Assembly: GCA_030390025.1 (NCBI GenBank)
Contig: CM059432.1
Coordinates: 114,268,001-114,332,000 of the forward strand
DNA: 64,000 bases
Source of the DNA: Squalus acanthias
Taxonomy: Eukaryota
Direction: 5' to 3'
Shown: piece by piece, positions 13,111-23,273 of the stretch
How the letters are laid out: the number at the start of each line of letters is the position of its first letter
Position numbering within the stretch: position 1 is the first letter of the stretch
Notes under the pieces: generated by a model
What the model was told of the DNA's origin: nothing
Seen by the model: the letters and a program-made list of their open reading frames with translations, nothing else
The model's database searches: none
Translations under genes and position numbers: made by a program

Positions 13111-14247
13111 AACCTGCAACCCCGTCGTAAGGTACCTTGCCACCTGACAGCCTCCTGCTGACCTCCTGTGGTCGACCGTCCAAAGTGCCCCAGCTGTCCA
13201 CTGTAATACAGGCTAAAGTTAAAAGACACAATGGGGGCGATTTTCTGCCGTCGGAGGAGGCGGGTTTGGAGGCGGGATAGGCGGGAAAATCAGATTCAAT
13301 GAGGGCGGGTTCGGAACCCATCTCCGCGGGATTTTGCCGGTGCCGGTTTTGGAGGTCGGGAAACGGTCCCGCCTCCAGCTGGCCATAGCGATACTTGTGA
13401 TCATTAAATGCTCGTTAAGGGCCTCTCTAAGCCTATTTTGAGAGGCCCTCGTGATTTTGCGAGGATTTCGGCGTGCTCCACGCACCTCTTAAACCACACC
13501 AGGTAAACCTGGCGGGTTGACTCGTGGGTGGCCTCCTCACTGCTGCAGGTCTAACAAGACATCGTTTATTGCATCAAGGATTACTTGCAGGTGCCAGACC
13601 TTGGCTTTAAAAGGACTCTGAACACTTTTAGAAGGCTTTCCGAAGTCGGAGGTGCTGCAGCTTGAATCAATCAACTGTGGAAGCTCCTTGGAAGACCCTC
13701 TCCCCGCTTGCAATGAGCGCTTCCCCAAAGGAGGCATCTGCAAGCAGCATGGGAACCATTCGTTTTCTTTCTGCATGGACCTCAGATGAGGATGAGGAGG
13801 AGGAGGAGGCTGAGGAGGAGGAGGAGGAGGAGCAGGAGGAGGTATCGATCAGCGGCAGTGGCAGCACATGAGCACATGGCTGCCCGGGATGCAAGGGATG
13901 AACTTATCCTGGCCAGATTTGCATAGGTTGTCCAAGTTGGCACATGTCCTTGGCTCCATCCTAGGACATCACTGACAATGGACATGACTCTCTGGCCTCC
14001 TTTCACTCAGGCCACCAACCTGACAATGCAAATGTGGCGGAGTCCGCAATGTGGAGCTGCCTAAGGTGAAAGAACAGATGCCATAACGCCAACATTTTGG
14101 CTTCAAATCATTTTAATGCTTTCCAACAGGGATGGCATTTCATCAATACACATAAACATTCTCCCAATCTGCACAGAGATCTGGAGGTTATATCCCTTGC
14201 CAGCTGTACCCAGAGAGGTTTCTTTGGCCTCTTCCTCCCAGATGAGT

Positions 14248-14454
14248 AAAAGTGAGAAGTCGCACAACACCAGGTTATAGTCCAACAGCTTTATTTGAAA
14301 TCACAAGCTTTCGGAGCGCTGCTCCTTCGTCAGGTGACGAAGGAGCAGCGCTCCGAAAGCTTGTGATTTCAAATAAAGCTGTTGGACTATAACCTGGTGT
14401 TGTGCGACTTCTCACTTTTGTCCACCCCAGTCCAACACCGGCATCGCCGCATCA
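14248..14454. mobile_element. Short Penelope-like non-autonomous insertion, perfect 85-bp fold-back plus 35-nt tail
   Basis: Arms 14248-14332 and 14335-14419; 12-bp TSD tcccagatgagt (14236-14247, 14455-14466); hammerhead core at the centre. Confidence 0.85.
14301..14337 (-). ncRNA. Minimal type I hammerhead ribozyme motif (Penelope-associated)
   Basis: The minus strand reads UCAC-CUGACGA-A-GGAGC(AGC)GCUCC-GAAA-GC-UU-GUGA: conserved core, stem II, stem I UCAC/GUGA, palindromic AGCU helix III and NUH = CUU. Activity is not demonstrated. Confidence 0.7.
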
Positions 14455-14900
14455 TCCCAGATGAGTGGAAGAGCACCTCCATGCTAGCTGTCACCCCCTC
14501 AAACAACATTTGCAGCGCCTCATCCAAGAGCCTCGGGGAGGCCCTTGCCTTGGAATTGGACATAGTGGTTTCTCAAAATATGTTGCAGGTGGTGCAGCAT
14601 AGGCAGAAATGCTGTGAAATGAGCCAAGGGAGCAAGAAGCCATAAAATCAGACTGGAAAAGTGCTGTCAACAGAGGTGGGTTTCAGTCCCAAAATACTAA
14701 TTGACCAAGGGCATCCCACACCTCTGAAATCAAGTGGCCAATCATGGGAAAATCGCAATTATTTGAAAACTATCAGTGGAGGCGGGTTTCAAACCCACCT
14801 CCATCTCGCCTCCAGTGGGAAAATTGCCCCCTATATAGTGTGATTTTCAGCCGGTCGGCCTCAGAGTACACCAACCAACCACCCGTTACTGCCACAACAC

Positions 14901-15051
14901 ATAGAAACATAGAAAAATAGGAGCAGGAGTAGGCCATTCGGTCCTTCGAGCCTGCTCCGCCATTCAATATGATCATGGCTGATCATCTATCTCAATACCA
15001 TATTCCCGTTCTTTCCCCATACCCCTTGATGCCTTTTGTGTCTAGAAATCT
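14901..15051 (-). mobile_element. ~150-bp CR1 3'-tail unit inserted in the Penelope end
   Basis: catagaaacatagaaaaataggagcaggagtaggcc.. tail; flanking duplication aacac; near-identical to 33132-33272 and 33807-33956. Confidence 0.85.
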
Positions 15052-15161
15052 AACACAAAAGCAAAATACTGCGGATGCTGGAAATCTGAAATAAAAACAG
15101 AAAATGCTGGAAATACTCAGCAGGTCAGGCAGCATCTGTGGAGAGAGAGAAACAGAGTTAT

Positions 15162-15949
15162 GGGGTCGATTTTGCCAGCCCTGGGGAGGCGGGACTGCTG
15201 GAAAAATGGCAGAATTTGGGGCTGGGTGCCCAACCCACCCCCAACCAACCTCCATGCCATCTTGCCAGGAGGCAGGTAGCCGTCCCGTGCCGGGTCCCGT
15301 CTCCTTGAAAGCGAGAAGGGATTAAAGCCTATTAACTGCCTGTTAACAGGTAGTTAACAGGCAGAAAATAGGATTACCCCCCTTTTGCCCTCACAAGTGC
15401 GGGCTTCCCGAAGGCTCCGAAACCTGCCAGGTCAGCAAGGTGAGTACTGGGTCTGCGGGGGTTGGGGGGATGTAAAAGTGTGCTGTGAAGGTAAGTGATG
15501 GGTGCAAGAGTGGAGAGGTGAGTATCTGAGGTAAGTGCAAAGTGTTAGTAAAAGTGTACTTACCTTTGTTTCCTCCTACAGGCTTCAGTCGGTGTGTATG
15601 CGGAGAGTCGCGGGCCTCCGTGTTGGAGATGACAGATGGCCGTTGTATTCTCAGATGCAACAACCATCTAATTTCTCTAAAAGAAAGAAGTTTGATGAGG
15701 TCTTGAATTCACAGAGCTGTCAAACGATGACAATGCATCTGTCAAAAATTTTTGACAGATGAAATGTCATACGTTGACGTTCTCTGCAACCGGCTTTCCC
15801 TTAATTGGTCTGCTAAGCCCGCTGGGCGGGCTTAACAAGGTCAATCAAGGGAAAATAGCGTGGGTTGGCCAGAAGTTAATGGAGGCGGGACTGAAACCCG
15901 ACAAGTGGGAGTCCCGCCTCCGAAAGCTCCCCATTGAGAAAATCACCCC
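15162..15949. mobile_element. Harbinger MITE, family B, inserted in the Penelope pLTR
   Basis: TIRs ggggtcgatttt / aaaatcacccc; splits gagtta|acgtttcagg; inverted relative of 24870-25678. Confidence 0.8.
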
Positions 15950-18085
15950 CAACGTTTCAGGTCGATGACCGTCAGAACTGGAAAAGTTGGAGATGTAACA
16001 GGTTTTTAAGCAAGTGTAGGGGCAGGGAAAGGGGGGAGGGGAGGAAAGAACAAAAAGGAAGGTCTGTGATAGGATGGAAGGCAGGAGAGATTAAGAGACA
16101 AAAGGGATGATGATGCAAGGCAAAAGGAGATGGTAATGGGACAAGTTAAGAAACAAAAGATGACTCTAGATGAAGTGTAAATGGCAATGGCAGGATGATC
16201 GACAGCTGCCATGTGAGAGAGAGAAAAAAAATGAAATAAAAAAGATAGAGGCAGAGGTTATGGTCTGAAATTGTTGAACTCGATGTTGACTCCAGAAGGC
16301 TGTAAAGTGCCTAATCGAAAGATGAGGTGCTGTTCCTCGAGTTTACGTTGAGCTTCATTGGAACAGTGTAAGAGACTGAGGACGGAGAGGTCAGAGTGGG
16401 AGTGGAGAATTAAAGTGACAGGCGACCGGAAGCTCGGGGTCACCCTTACGGACTGAACGGAGGTGTTCCGCAAAGCCGGTCACCCAATCTGCGTTTGGTC
16501 TCCCCAATGTAGAGGAGACCGCATCGTGAGCAGTGAATACAGTATACTAAATTGCAAGAAGTACAAGTAAATCGCTGTTTCACCTGTTTGGGGCCCTGGA
16601 CAGTGGGAAGGGAGGAGGTAAAAGAGGAGGTACACCCGTTACTGCCGACAGGAGGCCCAGTCTAATCTGAGCGCCGGGCTTCATTAACATACGACCGGCG
16701 GGCTGCAGGTGGAAAACAAATGCTCCAGTGCAGCCCGCATGCTCCTGGCTGCCGCATTAAAGGAATGTCTGGGGGCGCGGCGGGGAAGGGGGGGGGGGGT
16801 CCAAGTGCAGCAGTGGTATTGGCATAGGTTACTTTTGTGGAGCTTGGAGGAGCACACCTGCCACTCGTAACCTCACAAAAATAATTAAGTGCTTACCTTT
16901 CTGCTCTGCAGTGTTAAGTTCTAAAATGGCATCAATATCCCATTGATGTCATAGGATCCTGAATTAAATATCTAAATTAGCTGTGCACTTGCTTCAGGCG
17001 GCCGTCCGGGCCAACTATCCTAAGGACTTGACAAAATGGCAATGGCCACAGCGACTGGGGGGAAAGGGGCAATAAGTTCTTCTCTTGGGTTTTCAGGGCA
17101 TTACTGGCCCATTTCCGCTGGACAGGAGGCCTCAAAATCTCCTTCACTTGCAATTTGCAGAACTACACGAGTGAAAGCATTTGGCAAAAAAAGTCTCTTT
17201 GGTAAAGACACTTTATTTTGCCATCTAACAATTTATGTAGGACTCGTTTTAAGTGTATATTAATTCCAAAAATTCTAAGTTTATAGAATTATTTTCTGTC
17301 CTTTTGGCATCCGTACAAAATATATTAAACCAGAACCAGAAAATAAGGTCACAGTGATTTGTGCCATAAAGGCAAAATAGCAATAAAATCAATGTCACTG
17401 AAAACGGCTGAAAGTAGCAATATAAAAATAAAGCTCATAAGCATCCTTATGAATCAATATAGTGCTTTAAAGTGCAAACATGTTTGGAAATTATAAACAG
17501 GGAAGCCGATTTATGTCACAAAGCTGACCTAATTCATACTAAAGGTCATAACTGAAAAGTGTTGTTGGCATTTCCAGTCACTCTTTCAACTATATATAAC
17601 AAGCTTTTTTCTATTTTTCTCCATTTCCTTCAAAGTTTCCCATTTTCTCCATTAAGTTCAAAGTTAAACCTGAACCCGAAAATAAGATCACAGTGCTTTG
17701 TGCCATAAAAGCAAAACAGCATTAAATCAACATCATACACCAAGAGGACCTACTCCCAGATCAGCACCAATGCTAATCTATAGCTCGCTGCTTAGAGGTG
17801 TACGAGAGAGGTTTAGGCCGCCTTGTTTCAGTGACAATTCTGAGATCAGAAGCTCATGGGTATAAATTCTAATTGTGCTGCTCCTTTTCTGCTATGTTTG
17901 ACATTTTTTAATTTGTATTTATATAATGCTAGTGGACTTACCACAACTTTGCTTATGAGTAGACTCAGACCGACAGTGTGGTTTCTTATGTTTACCTCAG
18001 TCCCAAATCCAGCCAAATGCAACAGCAGTTTACCCATTGCATCAAATTTACTGAAGCAATCAATGACACAAGGTAGAAATATTTT

Positions 18086-18808
18086 GGCCTAGAAATTCTG
18101 TTCCCTACGGGTGTGCATGCACTGTGTACTCACCCGTAGGGCCAACGGAAGTGCCGGTTTTACGCATGCACTGGAAACCGGCACTTCCGTTCTCTGCAGA
18201 AAGTGCTTGACTGGACAAACGCGTACGTTAGAAACTTCCGTTTTTTTCCACACTGGCTTGAGTCCAGGTAAGTCGGGAACAGCTGCGCCTAGAAAAGCAG
18301 GCACAAGGCCTGCTTTTAGCAGGCTAATAGTTTAAGTAAAAAAAAAAAAAATTTCCACTGATTTATCATTTTAAAATACTTTAAAGAAAGGTGAGTTTAT
18401 TTTTAGCCCTGTTAAAAACTTTAATTATTTTTTTCAAAAATTTAAATTTTTGTTTAATAGTTAATTTATGTAATTTATAGTCATTTTAAAAATGTGATTT
18501 AAAAAAAAAAATTATTTGAAGTTTTACTTATGTTTTGGGGCTGATCTCTATTCATAGATTTGACAGGTCTTCCTGTCAAATCTATGAATGGAGATTCCCT
18601 GCTCTGATTGGCTCCCCATGGTCCAAGTGATCCCAGGGACGCTGCGATCCGCCTGCGCCCCTGGGATACGCGTGCCCTGCACACCGGCAGTTTGAAGAGG
18701 CACAGCAATGGAATTCTGCGCCTCCCGGCAGCCATCCGGTCCAGGCACAGATCTTTCCGGATCGCAGCCCTCCGCCCGCGGGAGGGCTGCGAACAGAGTT
18801 TCTGGGCC
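18086..18808. mobile_element. Harbinger-type MITE, family A (inverted relative to 373-1134)
   Basis: TIRs ggcctagaaatt / agtttctgggcc; flanks TTT/TAT; shared internal hairpin and AT-rich core. Confidence 0.8.
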
Positions 18809-19322
18809 TATATATTTTACTGATACTGAAAGATGCAGGCCTCATTAATCTGTGAAACTATTTACAAAATTTGCTTAAGATACAAGTACTTTTGTTTGTT
18901 CACTTCCCTCAACATGGACATATATTTATTTTGCTTTACCTTCTAAAGTACATTTTCAGTATTTGCTGAAAGTGCAGGTACATTATTTGTTTATTCTTCC
19001 TTCCCAGTCCAAAAAATGTTTCTCTGTTATTTACATAATCCCCCTTGTGTATTTATAGTTCTTCCTGAAGCTGTCATTGGCGTAACTCTGCAGCAGAAAG
19101 GTTGGAATAGCCCATAACCAGCAGCTATGTTCTAGGCTTGACTGAATGACACGGGTTCAATGTCTGAAGTCAACTTCAAAACACCTCAAACATTCTCCTT
19201 CATTCTTACACAATTAGTACCCTCAGTGGCACCAAAAAACTCACCCCAAACAGCACTGTTACCTCAGAATGTTCTTGCACTGCTTACACCTCACAATTGT
19301 CAGAAGCAAATGTTAAAAAATG

Positions 19323-21090
19323 ATCATAGAATCATAGAATGGTTACAGCACAGAAGGAGGCCATTCAGCCCATCGAGCCTGTGCCGACTCTCTGCAAGAG
19401 CACTTCAGCTAGTCCCCCGCCCTTTCCCTGTGGCCCTGCAAATTTTTTCCTTCAGGTACTTATCCAATTCCCTTTTGAAAGCCACGATAGAATCTGCCTC
19501 CACCACCCTTTCAGGCAGTGCATTCCAGATCATAACCACTCACTGCGTAAAAAAGTTTTTTCTCATGTCGCCTTTGGATCTTCTGCCAATCACCTGAAAT
19601 TTGTGTCCTCTGGTTCTCGACCCCTCTGCAAATGGGAACAGTTTCTCTCTATCTACTCTGTCTAGACTCCTCATGATTTTGAACACCTCTATCAAATCTC
19701 CTCTCAACCTTCTCTGCTCTAAGGAGAACAACCCCAGCTTCTCCAGTCTATCCACGTAACTGAAGTCCCTCATCCCTGGAAACATTCTTGTAAATCTTTT
19801 CTGCACCCTCTCGAAGGCCTTCACATCCTTCCTAAAGTGCGGTGTCCAGAATTGGACACAATACTCCAGTTGTGGCCGAACCAGTGTTTTATAAAGGTTC
19901 ATCATAACTTCCTTGCTTTTGTACTCAATGCCTCTATTTATAAAGTCCAGGATCCTGTATGCTTTTTGAACTGCTTTCTCAACCTGCCCTGCACCTTCAA
20001 TGATTTGTGCACATATACCCACAGGTCTCTTTGTTCCTGCACCCCCTTTAGAATTGTACCCTTTAGTTTATATTGCCTCTCCTCCTTCTTCCTACCAAAA
20101 TGTATCACTTTGCACTTTTTTGTGTTACATTTCATCTGCCACTTGTCCGCCCATTCCACCAGTCTATCACTATCTGCCTCACTGTTCACTATACTTCCAA
20201 GTTTTGTGTCATCTGGAACTTTTTAAATTGTGCCCTGTACACCCAAGTCCAAGTCATTAATATATATTAAAGAAAAGCAGCGTTCCTAGTACCGACCCCT
20301 GGGGAACACAACTGTATACCTTCCTCCAGTCTGAAAAACAACCGTTCACCACTACTCTCTGTTTCCTGTCACTTAGTCAATTTCATATCCATGCTGCCAC
20401 TGTCCGTTTTATTCCATGGGCTTCAACTTTGCTGGCAAGCCTATTATGTGGCACTTTATCAAATGCCTTTTTGAAGTCCATGTACACCACATCAACCGCA
20501 TTGCTCTTATCAACCCTCTGTGTTACCTCATCAAAAAACTCAATCAAGTTAGTTAAGTATGATTTGTCTTTAACAAATCCATGCTAGCTTTCCTTAATTA
20601 ATCCACACTTGTCTAAGTGACTGTTAATTTTGTTCCGGATTATCGTTTCCCAAAAGCTTCCCCACCACCGAGGTTAAACTGACTGGCCTGTAGTTGCTGG
20701 GTTTATCTTACACCCTTTTTTGAACACGGGTGTAACATTTGCAATTCTCCAGTCCTCTGGCACCAACCCCATATCCAAGGAGGATTGGAAGATTATGGCC
20801 AGTACCTCTGCAATTTCGACCTTTACTTCTCTCGGCATCCTAGGATGCAACCCATCCAGTCCTGGTGACTTATCTACTTTTAAGTACAGCCAGCCTTTCT
20901 AGTACCTCCTCTATCAATTTTTAGCCCATCCAGTATCTCAACTACCTCCTCTTTCACTATGACTTTGGCAGCATCCTTTTCCTTGGTAAAGACAGATGCA
21001 AACTACTCATTTAGTACCTCAGTCATGCCCTCTGCCTCCATACGTAGGTGTCCTTTTTGGTCCCTAATTGGCTCCACCCCTCCTCTTACT
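19323..21090 (-). mobile_element. CR1 LINE, 5'-truncated RT region and tail
   Basis: Minus-strand ORFs with [37 protein letters not shown]; (atcataga)n tail. Confidence 0.93.
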
Positions 21091-21476
21091 GATAGAAGAA
21101 AATGTTAATTAAATTAACGAAACAATTAAAATGAAAAATGTATTTAATACTATATAGGTTACACTCTTCAACAGAATATAAACAACTGGCTTGTCAGACC
21201 AAAGAAAGCAGATAATTATGATTCTCTCGAATTGATTAACTATGAGGAGCTATGAAGTAAAGCTTGATTTCTGCATTTCAATCATGAACTCATAATATAT
21301 TATGTAAATGTCCTGTTAAAAATTAACATTCCAAAGAGAACTTTGAGCCAATTATCCAAATATGTTAGTGCTTGAATTTTCTAATGTCTCAGAAGTACTC
21401 AGTGTTCAATAAGCAGGCCAACTGACATCAATTGAGGTTTGTTTGACAGTCTGCAGCTCTGTGCTTATTTCATAAA

Positions 21477-22380
21477 TTACACAGAATTTACAGCAGAGAA
21501 ACATTTGGCCCAACAAGTCTATGCCGGTGTTTATGCTCCGCACGAGCCTCCTCCCATGTCACTTCACCTCACCCTAGAAACATAGGCCTAAAAATTTGGT
21601 TGATTTGCGCCTCCCGTTAACGGGGCGCAAAGCAACTAGTGCCTGGGCGCGGCATCGCCAATACCTCCCGCGAAATTCAGCGGGAGGTTAGCGGTGGCAG
21701 TAACCATTAACGGCCCACTCGCGCCCCGGCCGCGCCCCCTGACTTACCGCGGACGCTATGTCCGACGGGGTCAGGGGGGCCCTACCTGCGGCCAGGTGGA
21801 CGAAATTTAAAGGGGAGGTGCCGGGCGGCCATTTTTGTTGCTGGCCGCCTGCCAGCACCTGCCCCCGTTGCCGTCTCCGGCCTCCTGAGCAGCCCCCCCC
21901 GCGGAGTGGTGGCCCAGCTGGGCCCCGGGTCGCGCTGCGCAAGGCCCCTCCCCTTTAATAAGGGGAGGAAGGCCTGCAGTACTGCGGCACAATTTGCCGC
22001 AGCGCCGCGATATTCACTCGCAGCGCCCCAAGAGGGAGGCGGGGCGCTTCCAGTCGCGCCCCGCCTCCCTCTTGGGGCGCTACCGGTGAATTTCGGGCGC
22101 GGGGACGCTAACTTTTACGGGGCACTAAAAGTAGCGCCCCAGCGAAGTTAGCGCCCCAAAAGGGGCGCGACCCAATGTTTCCCCATATTCTCCTATTCCT
22201 CTCTACCTCATGTACTTATCTAGCTTCTCCTTAAAGGCATCTATGCTATTCGCCTCAACAACTCATGTGGTAGCAGGTTTCACATATCTCTGGGTAAAGA
22301 AGTTTATCCTGAATTCCCTATTGGATTTATTAGTGATTATCTTATATTTATGGCCCATAGTTTTGGACTCCCCTACAAGT
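21477..22380 (-). mobile_element. CR1 3' fragment interrupted by a MITE
   Basis: Reverse complement resembles the tail at 4330-4530 (cataaacaccggcat, ctagataag, ttgaagcgaata). Confidence 0.7.
21585..22184. mobile_element. GC-rich Harbinger-type MITE, family D
   Basis: TSD ATA; many ggggcgc/gcgcccc repeats; sisters at 35684-36250 and 47209-47982. Confidence 0.85.
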
Positions 22381-22504
22381 ATATGCTCAGTGCTTCTAAA
22401 ATCCCATCTGGTTTAAACAGGATATACCTTTTGAACATAGTAATCAAAAGTATAAGTAGCTCAGTGTACGTTAAAGAGGAGAACTCTAATGCACGGCACA
22501 GTAT

Positions 22505-23273
22505 GGGCCGGATATTTACTGGGCGGGTTGCATAAGCAGGCGGGAGGAGTTTTGGTCGGGAAGTCCGGGTTTCCCCGCATGCTGCAGAGTTTCGATTCCA
22601 CAGCATGCGTCTTTTTTTTCAATCAGGTTCCGACCGAAGGTCAGCCTGATTGACAGGCTTGGGTCCCTGACGGGCAGGAGAGCATTCTGGAGGAGTACGC
22701 AGGATCCAGTGAGGAACCTACTGCTATGTTAGTGGGAGCGTCGGTCCGATCCCCAATCCCGGGGGGCGGAGGGAGGGGGGTGTGTGGTCGGTCCGATCTG
22801 GGGAGGCAGGGGGGTCGGATCCCTGACCTGGGGGGAGGGGGGTCAGTCCGTTCCTGGGGTGGGGGAGGGGGGGGTTGGATCCCCGATCTGAGGGGGGTCT
22901 TTGAATGGAAGTGGGGTCCAATGGTGGGTGGGTGTGATGGCAGGGAAGCAGGTAAGCTTGATGAGCTGGGAGGAAGCACTCTTGCTCCTCCTGGCCCACA
23001 ATCAATGTTGCAAAGGCATTTACCTTTTCCCCGAAGCTGTCCTCACCTCCCTTTAGCTGCCAGGTTTCCTGAAGCCTGGGAAACCCATGCGGCCAGGGCT
23101 AAACCTGTAAGAGAGGTTAAATGTGAGACTGTCAGCCTCATTATAATATTTAAATGGCCAACCCGCCTCCTGGGAGCGGGTTAGCTGCCCGCCCCCTGTC
23201 CCGACTCCGATTAAACATTTTTACATCTCACCTGACCCCAACCCACCCATTTTTGGGGGTTACAGTTACACCA
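22505..23273. mobile_element. Probable Harbinger-type MITE with G-rich internal repeats
   Basis: Left terminus gggccggatattt after TAT; degenerate right end followed by TAT; gcgggtt/aacccgc motifs as in the other MITEs. Confidence 0.5.

Larger units (their letters stand above)
13233..14831 (+). mobile_element. Internally deleted Harbinger element (transposase N-terminus fused to acidic C-terminus)
   Basis: TIRs gggggcgattttc / gaaaattgccccc; flanks AAT/TAT. MGTI..W.S.(E)n start as at 45471, followed by ..agggatgaacttatcctggccagattt, which resembles the 3' end of the transposases at 32640 and 46660. Confidence 0.7.
14894..16632 (-). mobile_element. Penelope-like element 3' part (GIY-YIG endonuclease relic plus pLTR with a degenerate hammerhead)
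   Basis: Minus strand NLVYCIHCSRCGLLYIGETKRRLG and RKLEEQHLIFRLGTLQPSGVNIEF; 14-bp TSD cacccgttactgcc (14880-14893, 16633-16646). Confidence 0.88.
14836..17144. mobile_element. Degenerate Harbinger-type MITE hosting a Penelope insertion
   Basis: Weak termini gtgtgattttcagcc / ggcctcaaaatctcct. GC-rich MITE-like sequence continues across the 14-bp TSD of the nested Penelope element. Confidence 0.45.

Noticed and set aside
13662..13871. Small Glu-rich protein
   Set aside because: A (GAG)n tract from a deleted Harbinger transposase.
14248..14419. DNA-transposon MITE or pre-miRNA gene (also 29410-29596)
   Set aside because: The 12-14-bp TSD encloses an extra asymmetric tail and a hammerhead core, and the 29.4-kb copy is homologous to the GIY-YIG elements; this fits Penelope inversion. 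No small-RNA evidence is available.
21688..22151. Overlapping GC-rich ORFs or a CpG-island promoter (also 35855-36334, 47283-47715, 22641-23184)
   Set aside because: Open frames reflect stop-codon scarcity in GC-rich MITEs, and the frames are not conserved between sister copies.
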